DNA of 64,000 nucleotides from an uncultured Gammaproteobacteria bacterium. Lineage in GTDB: Bacteria; Pseudomonadota; Gammaproteobacteria; UBA9214. Location: assembly GCA_963748215.1 (NCBI GenBank), contig CAVVHS010000008.1, positions 320,001-384,000 of the forward strand, read 5' to 3'. The position numbers and the translations under genes are program-made. Shown here one piece after another: positions 9,980 through 18,215 of this stretch (positions are counted from its first letter, which is position 1; every line of letters starts with the position of its first letter). The notes beneath the pieces are model-generated. The model was not told the DNA's origin, ran no database searches, and saw only the letters and a program-made list of their open reading frames with translations.

Positions 9980-10006
9980 CCGGCGCCCGCCAGTCACGGG
10001 CGCCGG
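9980..10006 (-). other. GC-rich stem-loop between cbbS and csoS2 (possible mRNA stabiliser or attenuator)
   Basis: Perfect 10-bp inverted repeat CCGGCGCCCG-N7-CGGGCGCCGG without a U-tract. Confidence 0.5.
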
Positions 10007-10016
10007 AACCGATGCC

Positions 10017-10361
10017 TCAGCGGCGGCCTTCGAAGACGACGAAGGCGGCACCCTGGGTCTGGGAATAGTTGTCATACCCGGTCAGGCGGACGTGATGGTC
10101 CGGAAAGGCACGGTGACAGGCCTCGAGCTCGGACAGGACGGTGGAGATATCCTGCTCGCCGAAGAACGGCAGCTTCCACATGGTCCAGTAATGGTCGAAG
10201 GCACGACTCGGGTGCTCGTGCTCGATGGCCGGCGCCCAGCCGTTGCCGAGAATGTAGGCGATCTGTGCCTGTATCTCGTTCTGGTCCATCTTGGGCAGGA
10301 AACCGAAGGTCTCCAGCGTGTTGGTAGTTTCGAAATTACTGATATCTGTAGCAGCTGACAT
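10017..10361 (-). CDS. cbbS: Rubisco form IA (carboxysomal IAc) small subunit
   Basis: [29 protein letters not shown] motifs. Confidence 0.97.
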   Translation of the reverse strand: MSAATDISNFETTNTLETFGFLPKMDQNEIQAQIAYILGNGWAPAIEHEHPSRAFDHYWTMWKLPFFGEQDISTVLSELEACHRAFPDHHVRLTGYDNYSQTQGAAFVVFEGRR

Positions 10362-10416
10362 GGTTTTATCCTCTTGTAAATTTCAGGTCGAAACGGTTTG
10401 TCCGCGACTGGCGCGA

Positions 10417-11832
10417 TCAGGCCACGTCCAGCTTGTCAACAGTCTCGAACTCGAACTTGATTTCCTTCCAGGTCTCCATGGCGATGGCCAGCTCGGGGCT
10501 GGTGCGCGCGGCCTCGGTAAGGATGTCACGGGCCTCCTTCTCGATCTGGCGGCCTTCGTTGCGCGCCTTGACGCTGGCTTCCAGTGCGACGCGGTTGGCG
10601 GCGGCGCCTGCAGCGTTACCCCATGGGTGACCCTGGGTACCACCACCGAACTGCAGCATGGAGTCATCACCGAAAATCGTGACCAGCGCCGGCATGTGCC
10701 AGACGTGGATGCCACCCGATGCGACCGCGAAGACGCCCGGCAACGAGCCCCAGTCCTGATCGAAGAACACGCCGCGCGAGCGATCTTCCGGTACGAAGGA
10801 TTCGCGCAGCTGGTCCACGAAACCCAGGGTCGACTGACGGTCACCCTCGAGTTTACCGACCACCGTACCGGTGTGCAGGTGGTCACCACCGGACAGTCGC
10901 AAACACTTGGCCAGCACGCGGAAGTGGATACCGTGCTTCGGATGACGGTCGATCACGGCGTGCATGGCGCGGTGGATGTGCAGCAGCATGCCGTTTTCAC
11001 GGCACCAGTTGGCCAGGCCGGTATTGGCGGTGAAGCCGCCGGTCAGGAAGTCGTGCATCAAGATGGGCGAGCCAACCTCCTTGGCGAACTCGGCGCGCTT
11101 GTACATCTCTTCCGGGGTCGCAGCGGTAACGTTCAGGTAATGACCCTTGCGCTCGCCGGTCTCCTGCTCGGCCTTCTGGAGTGCTTCACCGACGAACTCG
11201 AAGCGGTCACGCCAGCGCATGAACGGCTGCGAATTCACGTTTTCGTCGTCCTTGGTCATATCCAGACCGCCACGGAGGCACTCATACACGGCACGGCCAT
11301 AGTTCTTGGCCGACAGGCCCAGCTTGGGCTTGATCGTCGCACCAAGCATCGGACGGCCATACTTGTTCAGACGATCGCGCTCGACCTGGATGCCGGCGGG
11401 CGGACCACCGCAGGTCTTGATGTAGGCAATCGGGAAGCGGATGTCCTCGAGACGCAGGTGCTTCAGCGCCTTGAAGCCGAACACGTTACCAACCAACGAG
11501 GTCAGCACGTTCACGACGGAACCTTCCTCGAACAGATCAATCGGGTAGGCGACGAACGCGTAGAAGGATTCGGAGTCGCCCGGCACGTCCTCGATGCGGT
11601 AGGCACGACCCTTGTAGTATTCCAGGTCGGTCAGCAGCTCGGACCACACCGTACTCCAGGTACCGGTCGAACTTTCCGCGGCCACGGCAGCGGCCACCTC
11701 CTCACGCGGCACATTCGACTGCCCCGTACACTTGAAACAGGCCAGCAGGTCAGTGTCGAGCGGCACATAGTCCGGCGTCCAGTATTTTTCGCGGTATTCC
11801 TTGACACCCGCTTTATAGGATGTTTCTGCCAT
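10417..11832 (-). CDS. cbbL: Rubisco form IA large subunit (471 aa)
   Basis: [32 protein letters not shown]; ATG at 11832 preceded by AGGAG. Confidence 0.98.
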   Translation of the reverse strand: MAETSYKAGVKEYREKYWTPDYVPLDTDLLACFKCTGQSNVPREEVAAAVAAESSTGTWSTVWSELLTDLEYYKGRAYRIEDVPGDSESFYAFVAYPIDLFEEGSVVNVLTSLVGNVFGFKALKHLRLEDIRFPIAYIKTCGGPPAGIQVERDRLNKYGRPMLGATIKPKLGLSAKNYGRAVYECLRGGLDMTKDDENVNSQPFMRWRDRFEFVGEALQKAEQETGERKGHYLNVTAATPEEMYKRAEFAKEVGSPILMHDFLTGGFTANTGLANWCRENGMLLHIHRAMHAVIDRHPKHGIHFRVLAKCLRLSGGDHLHTGTVVGKLEGDRQSTLGFVDQLRESFVPEDRSRGVFFDQDWGSLPGVFAVASGGIHVWHMPALVTIFGDDSMLQFGGGTQGHPWGNAAGAAANRVALEASVKARNEGRQIEKEARDILTEAARTSPELAIAMETWKEIKFEFETVDKLDVA

Positions 11833-11895
11833 TGTCGTCTCCTGTTTCGTTGACTGTCTGGTGAATGATTGGATACTGTGATGAGGCCAGCCGAG

Positions 11896-11964
11896 AGCAT
11901 AGGATGAATGGCGCAATCTATTCCAATCGATATTTTATTGAAAATACATAGATAATAATCTATG
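11896..11964 (-). promoter_or_regulatory. cbbL promoter region with LysR operator
   Basis: Inverted repeat CATAGAT-AATA-ATCTATG (11947-11964; ATAG-N8-CTAT); candidate -10 TATGCT at 11896-11901. Confidence 0.65.
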
Positions 11965-12024
11965 CCAAAATCCACCCGCCGACTGCCTGCCGGCCGGGTC
12001 GTAACGTTCTTCTGGCGCTACCGG

Positions 12025-12645
12025 TCACATAACCCCCTCGGCACGCCGTGCCGCCCAGAAGTTCTTGCTGTCGACCGGCTCACCGTGCATGAGGGCGCTG
12101 CGCAGCCGGCGTGTCTTCTCCACCATACGCCAGGTAGAACGGTTGTTGTTGTAGGCCGAGACCTCGCGCAGATCGACCCACAGGACCTGATGCGACTCGT
12201 CGTTGCCGGGTACAGGCAGCCGGCTGTCGATCTGGACGAGGAACCGTATGTCGATATGTTCGTGCCAGGGCCCGTGCTCGCTGACAGGAATGACGTGGAT
12301 ATCGAGGTCGAATACATCCTCGGTCAGCAGCCGCACATGTTCAGGATCGATCCCCGTCTCCTCGGCGGTCTCGCGCAGCGCCACGCGCAGAATATCGGCG
12401 TCGCCGTCGGCGTGCCCGCCGGGCTGGAACCACTGGTTCTGCTTGACGTGGTGCATGATCAGTGCCTGACTGAAATCCGGGCTGACCACCCAGGCCGAGC
12501 CGGTGACATGCGCCGGCAGGTGTTCGCGGTCGAAGACATCCGTATGGGCCACCACGAAGGCGCGCGCACGCGCCACAAAGGCCGCCTCATCCATGAAACG
12601 CGTGTCATGGCGGTTGAGCAGCCGGAGCAGTTCCTGTCGATGCAT
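12025..12645 (-). CDS. NUDIX hydrolase
   Basis: Nudix-box-like GGHADGDADILRVALRETAEETG, HVTGSAWV, HEHIDIRF; starts 2 nt after the csoS1D stop. Confidence 0.88.
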   Translation of the reverse strand: MHRQELLRLLNRHDTRFMDEAAFVARARAFVVAHTDVFDREHLPAHVTGSAWVVSPDFSQALIMHHVKQNQWFQPGGHADGDADILRVALRETAEETGIDPEHVRLLTEDVFDLDIHVIPVSEHGPWHEHIDIRFLVQIDSRLPVPGNDESHQVLWVDLREVSAYNNNRSTWRMVEKTRRLRSALMHGEPVDSKNFWAARRAEGVM

Positions 12646-12647
12646 GG

Positions 12648-13277
12648 TCAGGTCCCGCTGGGATTCTTGACGGCCTCGATCGCCGCGGCCGCCGCCTCAT
12701 CCACATCCGCCTCACGCCCGGAAAGCGTCAGGCGACCGTATGCTCCCACGGCACGGACGTCGATCAGGGTGATACTGGCAGCCTTCTCGGCCTGATTGGC
12801 CGCATAGATGATGTAACCGGCCGGATCGGTCTCGAGGATGAACATGCTCTCGCCCGGCAGGATCATCGACCCCCCGCGGTGCTGACGGTTGATCAGCACA
12901 CAATGATCCGCGGTCATGCCGCGGATGATCTCCTGCCAGGCGATCTGGCATTGTTGCCGGTCGGACACTTTGGCACCCAGGTTGGCCAGGACGATACGAC
13001 CCGCCTCGCGCACGTCGCTCTGGTCGCGGTGATTGATGACCATGGAACCGAAGGTACGCTCGACCACCTGCTGGGTGAGGCTGACACGGGTCGTCTTGAG
13101 CGCGATGTCGGTGAACATGTGGATTGCCATGCCCGGGGAGACCTCCATCCAGAGGCAGGCATCACCGGGAACCGGCGGAAACCCCTGTGAAACCGAGGCC
13201 ATGTACTCTGCAAGCTGCGGCTGCAGTGAATCTATGTACACATAGGTTCTGAGCTTTACAGTGACTTCGCTTCGCAT
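12648..13277 (-). CDS. csoS1D: Tandem-domain shell protein (BMC-T) CsoS1D
   Basis: [32 protein letters not shown] motifs of the CsoS1D/CcmP family. Confidence 0.9.
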   Translation of the reverse strand: MRSEVTVKLRTYVYIDSLQPQLAEYMASVSQGFPPVPGDACLWMEVSPGMAIHMFTDIALKTTRVSLTQQVVERTFGSMVINHRDQSDVREAGRIVLANLGAKVSDRQQCQIAWQEIIRGMTADHCVLINRQHRGGSMILPGESMFILETDPAGYIIYAANQAEKAASITLIDVRAVGAYGRLTLSGREADVDEAAAAAIEAVKNPSGT

Positions 13278-13392
13278 TGAATACCCTGTTCCTTGAGTCC
13301 CTATGCTCCCGGAACATGCCGCAGCATGGCCCGCGCCGAAATCCCGCGCGTTCCTGGTGGACAGGCTTACAGTGAGGTCAAAAGATCAGAAA

Positions 13393-13459
13393 AGGTTAGG
13401 GTAGTCGACACTTAGAAACAAGTAAATTGTTTCTTGTTTATAGATAGATAATTATCTAT
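13393..13459 (-). promoter_or_regulatory. csoS1D promoter with LysR operator
   Basis: Minus strand TTGTTT-N17-TAACCT (13421-13393); inverted repeat AGAAACAA-N5-TTGTTTCT (13414-13434); perfect palindrome ATAGATAATTATCTAT (13444-13459). Confidence 0.65.
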
Positions 13460-14154
13460 TGGTTGGCGCGAAGGGACCTGGTCTGGTGCAGTGATTCATG
13501 AACCTCCGGCCAGTCCATCCGGGGCGAACAATGCCAAGGCATTTAATAGGTTCGCCTGCTGTCGTACCGGGCGAGGCAAATCGCCCGGGCGCACCGGCCT
13601 GAGCGGCATTCAGCCGCAGCGATCGCGAGACGCTTACAGACCACTGCACCTGCATCCGCACTCGATCGTGGATTGCCTCGGGCTGACGGTGCGGGTGGCG
13701 GCGCTCCGTATGCCGTTGCCGGGCCGGGGCTGTGCGTATTGCATCGGACCATGCACGGTTCACCGACGACCTGCCCCTGCTGCAGGCTGTAAAAAGAGCA
13801 CGGCTTGCAGTCATTCGTCGCGCCGCCTGACGCTTGAACTCTGGTTCCTGCGCCGCAGCACAACGGCGGGCCGGCGCGGAGTGCAAATGAGACAGCTCCA
13901 CCCCGGGGCCGGGCGGGCATTGCCGCCGTGATCGGCCGGGATCCCCGTCAGCCCTGTCACCCGTATACACCGGGTGAAGGCACTGGACATCCGCTGCCGA
14001 TGCGGCTGACTGTACTCCAGGACCGTCCAGTCCTCGTCCGGACGACAACGGCATGCCGGGAGCAAATACGCCGGTACCCTGCCGCAATGCAGCCTGACAT
14101 GGATGGCTGCAATACCAGGCGACGGAACCTCACGCCACCATATCGTTCAGGGTT

Positions 14155-14183
14155 TTGACTGCGCGGTCGCAACTTGCTAACGT
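14155..14183 (+). promoter_or_regulatory. Candidate sigma70 promoter for the leader ORF and transporter operon
   Basis: TTGACT-N17-TAACGT with a TG extended -10, about 50 nt upstream of ATG 14233. Confidence 0.45.
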
Positions 14184-14232
14184 GCGCAGGTTATTTGAAC
14201 GTCGACGAGCCGCCCCTCCTTCCGAGCAACGT

Positions 14233-14550
14233 ATGTCCACGCACTGCACGACAACCGCGCACAGACTGTGGCTCCCGCTGCTCGTCGCAGTCGTGCTGTA
14301 TGTCGTCAACGACATTTCCTCGGCAGGGGACGATTCCCCGTTGTTCGGCTGCGAACCGGATGTAAAGCCTGTGTTCATGGAACCGGGCGACGACGACAGC
14401 CGGGACAAAGGTACACAGACCCACGGCAACCGACCGACCCTGCAAGGCGACCAACGGATGGCTGGTGTCGACGCTGCGTCTCCCCGCAAAGAGGCTGAAA
14501 CGCTCACCCTCAACCGCGGACCACCCGCCGGTATCCAGGCCCCGGCATGA
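14233..14550 (+). CDS. Small leader ORF (105 aa) with N-terminal hydrophobic segment and C-terminal RGPP; candidate arrest peptide
   Basis: LWLPLLVAVVLYVV hydrophobic stretch, polar linker, ...LTLNRGPPAGIQAPA*; upstream promoter candidate; weak RBS. Confidence 0.5.
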   Translation: MSTHCTTTAHRLWLPLLVAVVLYVVNDISSAGDDSPLFGCEPDVKPVFMEPGDDDSRDKGTQTHGNRPTLQGDQRMAGVDAASPRKEAETLTLNRGPPAGIQAPA

Positions 14551-14757
14551 CCGGAACCTGCGCGGATCACCGCGCCGCAAGGGAAGACCCGAATTCCATC
14601 CTGATGCGGACAATGCACGATCCGCCCGCCACTCGACTGGGATGAGAGGACAGCACTGCCCCGACGGTTACCGGCCCAACCACATGGCTGTCGGACCATA
14701 TTGTCTCACTGATTCACCGGGCGCAACGGCGCCTGAACTGGCACGACCGGAGTAGAC

Positions 14758-16722
14758 GTGAACACAACTGCGAAGAGCATCCTCATCACGCGTCTCATCG
14801 GCGCGATTCTTTTCCTCGCCGCCGGTTTCAAGCTCAGCGGCATGGTCCCCACGCCCGAGATCGCCTGGGTATCCGGCATCCTGTTGCTGACGATCTACCT
14901 TTTTGTATTCGAAATCGTCGAGGTCGATGTCGCCGCCGTCTGCATCATGGTCTTGCTGGGCCTGATGTCGTTCGCCGGTCCACTGCTGTTCGGACTGGAT
15001 CAGCCGTTCGTGTCTACGCAGCACCTGTTCGACGGATTTGCCAGTAATGCCGTGATGTCGATCATCGCCGTAATGATCATCGGCAAGGGGCTGGACAAGA
15101 CCGGTGTCATGAGCTCGGTTGCGAGTTTCATACTCAAGCACGGCGGACGCACCGAGGGACGCATCATCCCGTTCATCTCCGGCACCGTTGCCATCATCTC
15201 CAGTTTCATGCAGAACGTCGGCGCCGCGGCACTGTTCCTGCCCGTGGTCAGCCGTATCTCGGCACGCTCCGGGCTGCCGCTGTCGCGGCTGCTGATGCCG
15301 ATGGGTTTCTGCGCCATCCTCGGCGGCACCGTGACCATGGTCGGTTCCAGTCCGCTGATCCTGCTCAACGACCTGATCCTGACTTCCAACCAGGCGCTGC
15401 CACCGGGGCAGAAGATGAGCACGTTCGGCCTGTTCAGCGTGACGCCGATCGGACTGGCGCTGGTCACCGCGGGCATTCTCTACTTCGTGCTGCTCGGCAG
15501 GCTGGTGCTGCCGGCCGGTCAGACCGAAAGCAGTACGGTCGGCTCCAACACCATGAGCTATTTCCAGGACATTTACGGCATCGACTACGCCCTGTTCGAG
15601 GTAAAGGTCCCTGCGCGCAGCCCGCTGGTAGGCAAGCTGTTCGACGATATCGAAAGCGAATCGCACATCCGCATCATCGCCACCATGCGCACCGACAAGG
15701 ACACCCGCATCGGCCCGGGCGCGCTGGCACGCGACCAGGGCATCGAGGGCGGTATGGTGCTGGGTATTCTCGCCTCGCCGGCGGATGTGCAGAACTTCGT
15801 CCAGAAATTCGAACTGCAGAGCAGCAGGAACCTGGAGACCTTCGGTGAATCGCTGGCCCCGACCAAGTCGGGTGTCGCCGAAGTCCTTATCCCCCCCGGT
15901 TCGCAGCTGATCGGCAAGAGTGCGCGCGATGTCTGGATGCGCAAGACCTACGGCATCGCCATGGTAGGCCTGCACCGCGATGGCAAGACCCTGCGCGAGG
16001 GAGATGACATCCGCAACCTGCCGCTGAAGGCCGGCGATACCCTGGTGGTGCATACCACCTGGGATGCCCTGCACCGGCTCGAGTCCAATCACGATTTCGT
16101 CGTCATCACCACCGAGTATCCGCACGAGGAGGTACGTCCCAACAAGGTCGGTCATGCGCCTGGTGTTCTTCCTGGTCGCACTGTCGCTGGTGCTGTTTTC
16201 CGACCTGCGCCTGTCGGTCTCGCTGCTGACCGGCGCACTCGGCATGGTGCTGTCCGGCGTGCTCAGCATGGACGAGGCCTACCAGGCGGTCAGCTGGAAG
16301 ACCGTGTTTCTGCTCGCCAGCCTGATCCCGCTGGGCATGGCGGTGGAGAACACCGGCACCGCCGCCTGGATCGCCGAGCAGACACTGGCACGTGCTGGGC
16401 GACGTGCCGATCTGGGTCATTGCAGTCCGCGCTGGCGGCGCTGGCCACCTTCTTCACCCTGGTGATGTCGAATGTCGGCGCCACCGTGCTGCTGGTGCCG
16501 CTGGCGGTGAACATGGCGCTGGAAGCCGGCGCCGACCCGGCGGTGTTCGCGCTGACGGTGGCCATCGCCACGTCGAATTCCTTCCTGATTCCCACCCACC
16601 AGGTCAATGCCCTGCTGATGGGGCCGGGCGGTTACCGGGTGGCGGACTTCATGCGCGCGGGCGGCATCATGACCGTGCTGTTCCTCGTCGTCATGCTGGT
16701 CATGCTGAACATCCTTTTCTGA
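14758..16722 (+). CDS. SLC13/DASS-family permease with TrkA-C (RCK-C) domains; three compensating internal frameshifts
   Basis: SSFMQNVGA, GGTVTMVGSSP, SNVGAT, PTHQVN motifs; between ~16157 and ~16420 the hydrophobic sequence continues in the two alternate frames. Confidence 0.85.
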   Translation: MNTTAKSILITRLIGAILFLAAGFKLSGMVPTPEIAWVSGILLLTIYLFVFEIVEVDVAAVCIMVLLGLMSFAGPLLFGLDQPFVSTQHLFDGFASNAVMSIIAVMIIGKGLDKTGVMSSVASFILKHGGRTEGRIIPFISGTVAIISSFMQNVGAAALFLPVVSRISARSGLPLSRLLMPMGFCAILGGTVTMVGSSPLILLNDLILTSNQALPPGQKMSTFGLFSVTPIGLALVTAGILYFVLLGRLVLPAGQTESSTVGSNTMSYFQDIYGIDYALFEVKVPARSPLVGKLFDDIESESHIRIIATMRTDKDTRIGPGALARDQGIEGGMVLGILASPADVQNFVQKFELQSSRNLETFGESLAPTKSGVAEVLIPPGSQLIGKSARDVWMRKTYGIAMVGLHRDGKTLREGDDIRNLPLKAGDTLVVHTTWDALHRLESNHDFVVITTEYPHEEVRPNKVGHAPGVLPGRTVAGAVFRPAPVGLAADRRTRHGAVRRAQHGRGLPGGQLEDRVSARQPDPAGHGGGEHRHRRLDRRADTGTCWATCRSGSLQSALAALATFFTLVMSNVGATVLLVPLAVNMALEAGADPAVFALTVAIATSNSFLIPTHQVNALLMGPGGYRVADFMRAGGIMTVLFLVVMLVMLNILF

Positions 16723-16730
16723 GATAACAG

Positions 16731-18177
16731 ATGTATACGAACAAGAACCGTACCTTCAGTTCCGGCCGGCGCTGGCTGCCGGCCATCCTGATGCTGCTGC
16801 CAGGTGCAGTTGCCGCCAGTGCTGCCGCACAGGGTGGTATTACCTGACCTGACCTCCAGTACGGTCGGTTACCTGTCACTGGCGATATTCGCGCTTGCCT
16901 ACCTGCTGGTCACGGCAGAGGAATTCACCCACCTGCGCAAATCCAAACCGGTCATCATCGCCGCCGGCCTGATCTGGGGACTGGTGGCCTGGGCCGCCGG
17001 GCAATCCGGCCATGGTCACCTGGCCGAACAGGCCGCACGTCACAACCTGCTTGAATATGCCGAGCTGATGCTGTTCCTGCTGGTGGCGATGACCTACATC
17101 AATGCCATGGACGAGCGCAACGTCTTCGATGCGCTGCGTTCCTGGCTGGTGCACAGGGGCTTCGGCTTCCGTACGCTGTTCTGGCTGACCGGCATTCTGG
17201 CCTTCTTCATCTCGCCGGTCGCCGACAACCTGACCACGGCATTGCTGATGTGCGCGGTGGTACTGGCCGTGGGCGGTGACAATACGCGCTTCGTGACGCT
17301 GGCCTGCATCAACATCGTGGTCGGCGCCAATGCCGGCGGCGCATTCAGCCCGTTCGGCGACATCACTACCCTGATGGTCTGGCAGAAGGGCATGGTGGAT
17401 TTCTGGACCTTCTTCGCCCTGTTCGTGCCGTCGCTGGTCAACTTCGTGGTGCCCGCCGCCATCATGCATTTCGCGGTACCCCCGGGACAGCCGGAGAGTG
17501 GCGGCGAGCTGGTTTCCATGAAACCCGGCGCGAAGACGATCATGGCGCTGTTCCTGCTGACCATTATCACGGCAGTCTCGTTCCACAACTTCCTGCAACT
17601 GCCGCCGGTGATGGGCATGCTGACCGGGCTGGGCTATCTGCAGCTGTTCGGTTTCCTGCTCAGGCGCGCGGAGACGAGGATGCTGCGCTACAACGCACTT
17701 GAACGCGACCATGCCGGCAAGCTCGGCGATATCGTCCCCTTTGACGTGTTCAACAAGATCGCCCGCGCCGAATGGGACACCCTGCTGTTCTTCTATGGCG
17801 TGGTCATGTGTGTCGGCGGCCTGGGCTTCCTCGGCTATCTCGCCATGGCCTCTGATGTCATGTATACGCAATGGGGTGCAACCACCGCCAATATCAGCGT
17901 CGGCCTCCTGTCCTCCATCGTGGACAACATCCCCGTGATGTTCGCCGTACTGACCATGAACCCGGACATGTCCACCGGGCAGTGGCTGCTGGTGACCCTG
18001 ACGGCGGGCGTCGGCGGCAGCCTGCTGTCGATCGGGTCCGCGGCCGGTGTTGCACTGATGGGCCAGGCGCGTGGCAAGTACACTTTTTTCGGGCACCTGC
18101 GCTGGACGCCCGTGATTGCCCTCGGTTATGCCGCGAGCATCCAGGTACACATGTGGGTCAACGCCGCGCATTTCTGA
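16731..18177 (+). CDS. nhaD: NhaD-type Na+/H+ antiporter; signal-like N-terminus out of frame near 16840
   Basis: EEFTHLRKSKP, SPVADNLTT, NAGGAFSPFGDITT, IVDNIP, GGSLLSIGSAAG; ATG 16731 gives a signal-peptide-like leader in another frame. Confidence 0.85.
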
Positions 18178-18215
18178 CCGACAGGATCAATCCTGCGATT
18201 GTGTAAGGGAACACG

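Noticed and set aside
10291-11853. Long antisense ORFs (e.g. 520 aa opposite cbbL; also 14668-16269, 31160-32407, 56649-57851, 59776-61548)
   Set aside because: Shadow frames of high-GC genes with no recognisable motifs.
157-13277. Absence of a Rubisco activase (cbbQO/cbbX)
   Set aside because: The locus abuts the window edge, so absence from the genome cannot be claimed.
13452-14172. Several overlapping 70-211 aa ORFs
   Set aside because: Arg/Pro/Cys-rich composition, no clear RBS and no motifs.
14551-14757. Possible Na+/Li+ riboswitch ahead of the SLC13-nhaD operon
   Set aside because: I could not recognise nhaA-I, nhaA-II or DUF1646 consensus features by eye; an Infernal scan would settle it.
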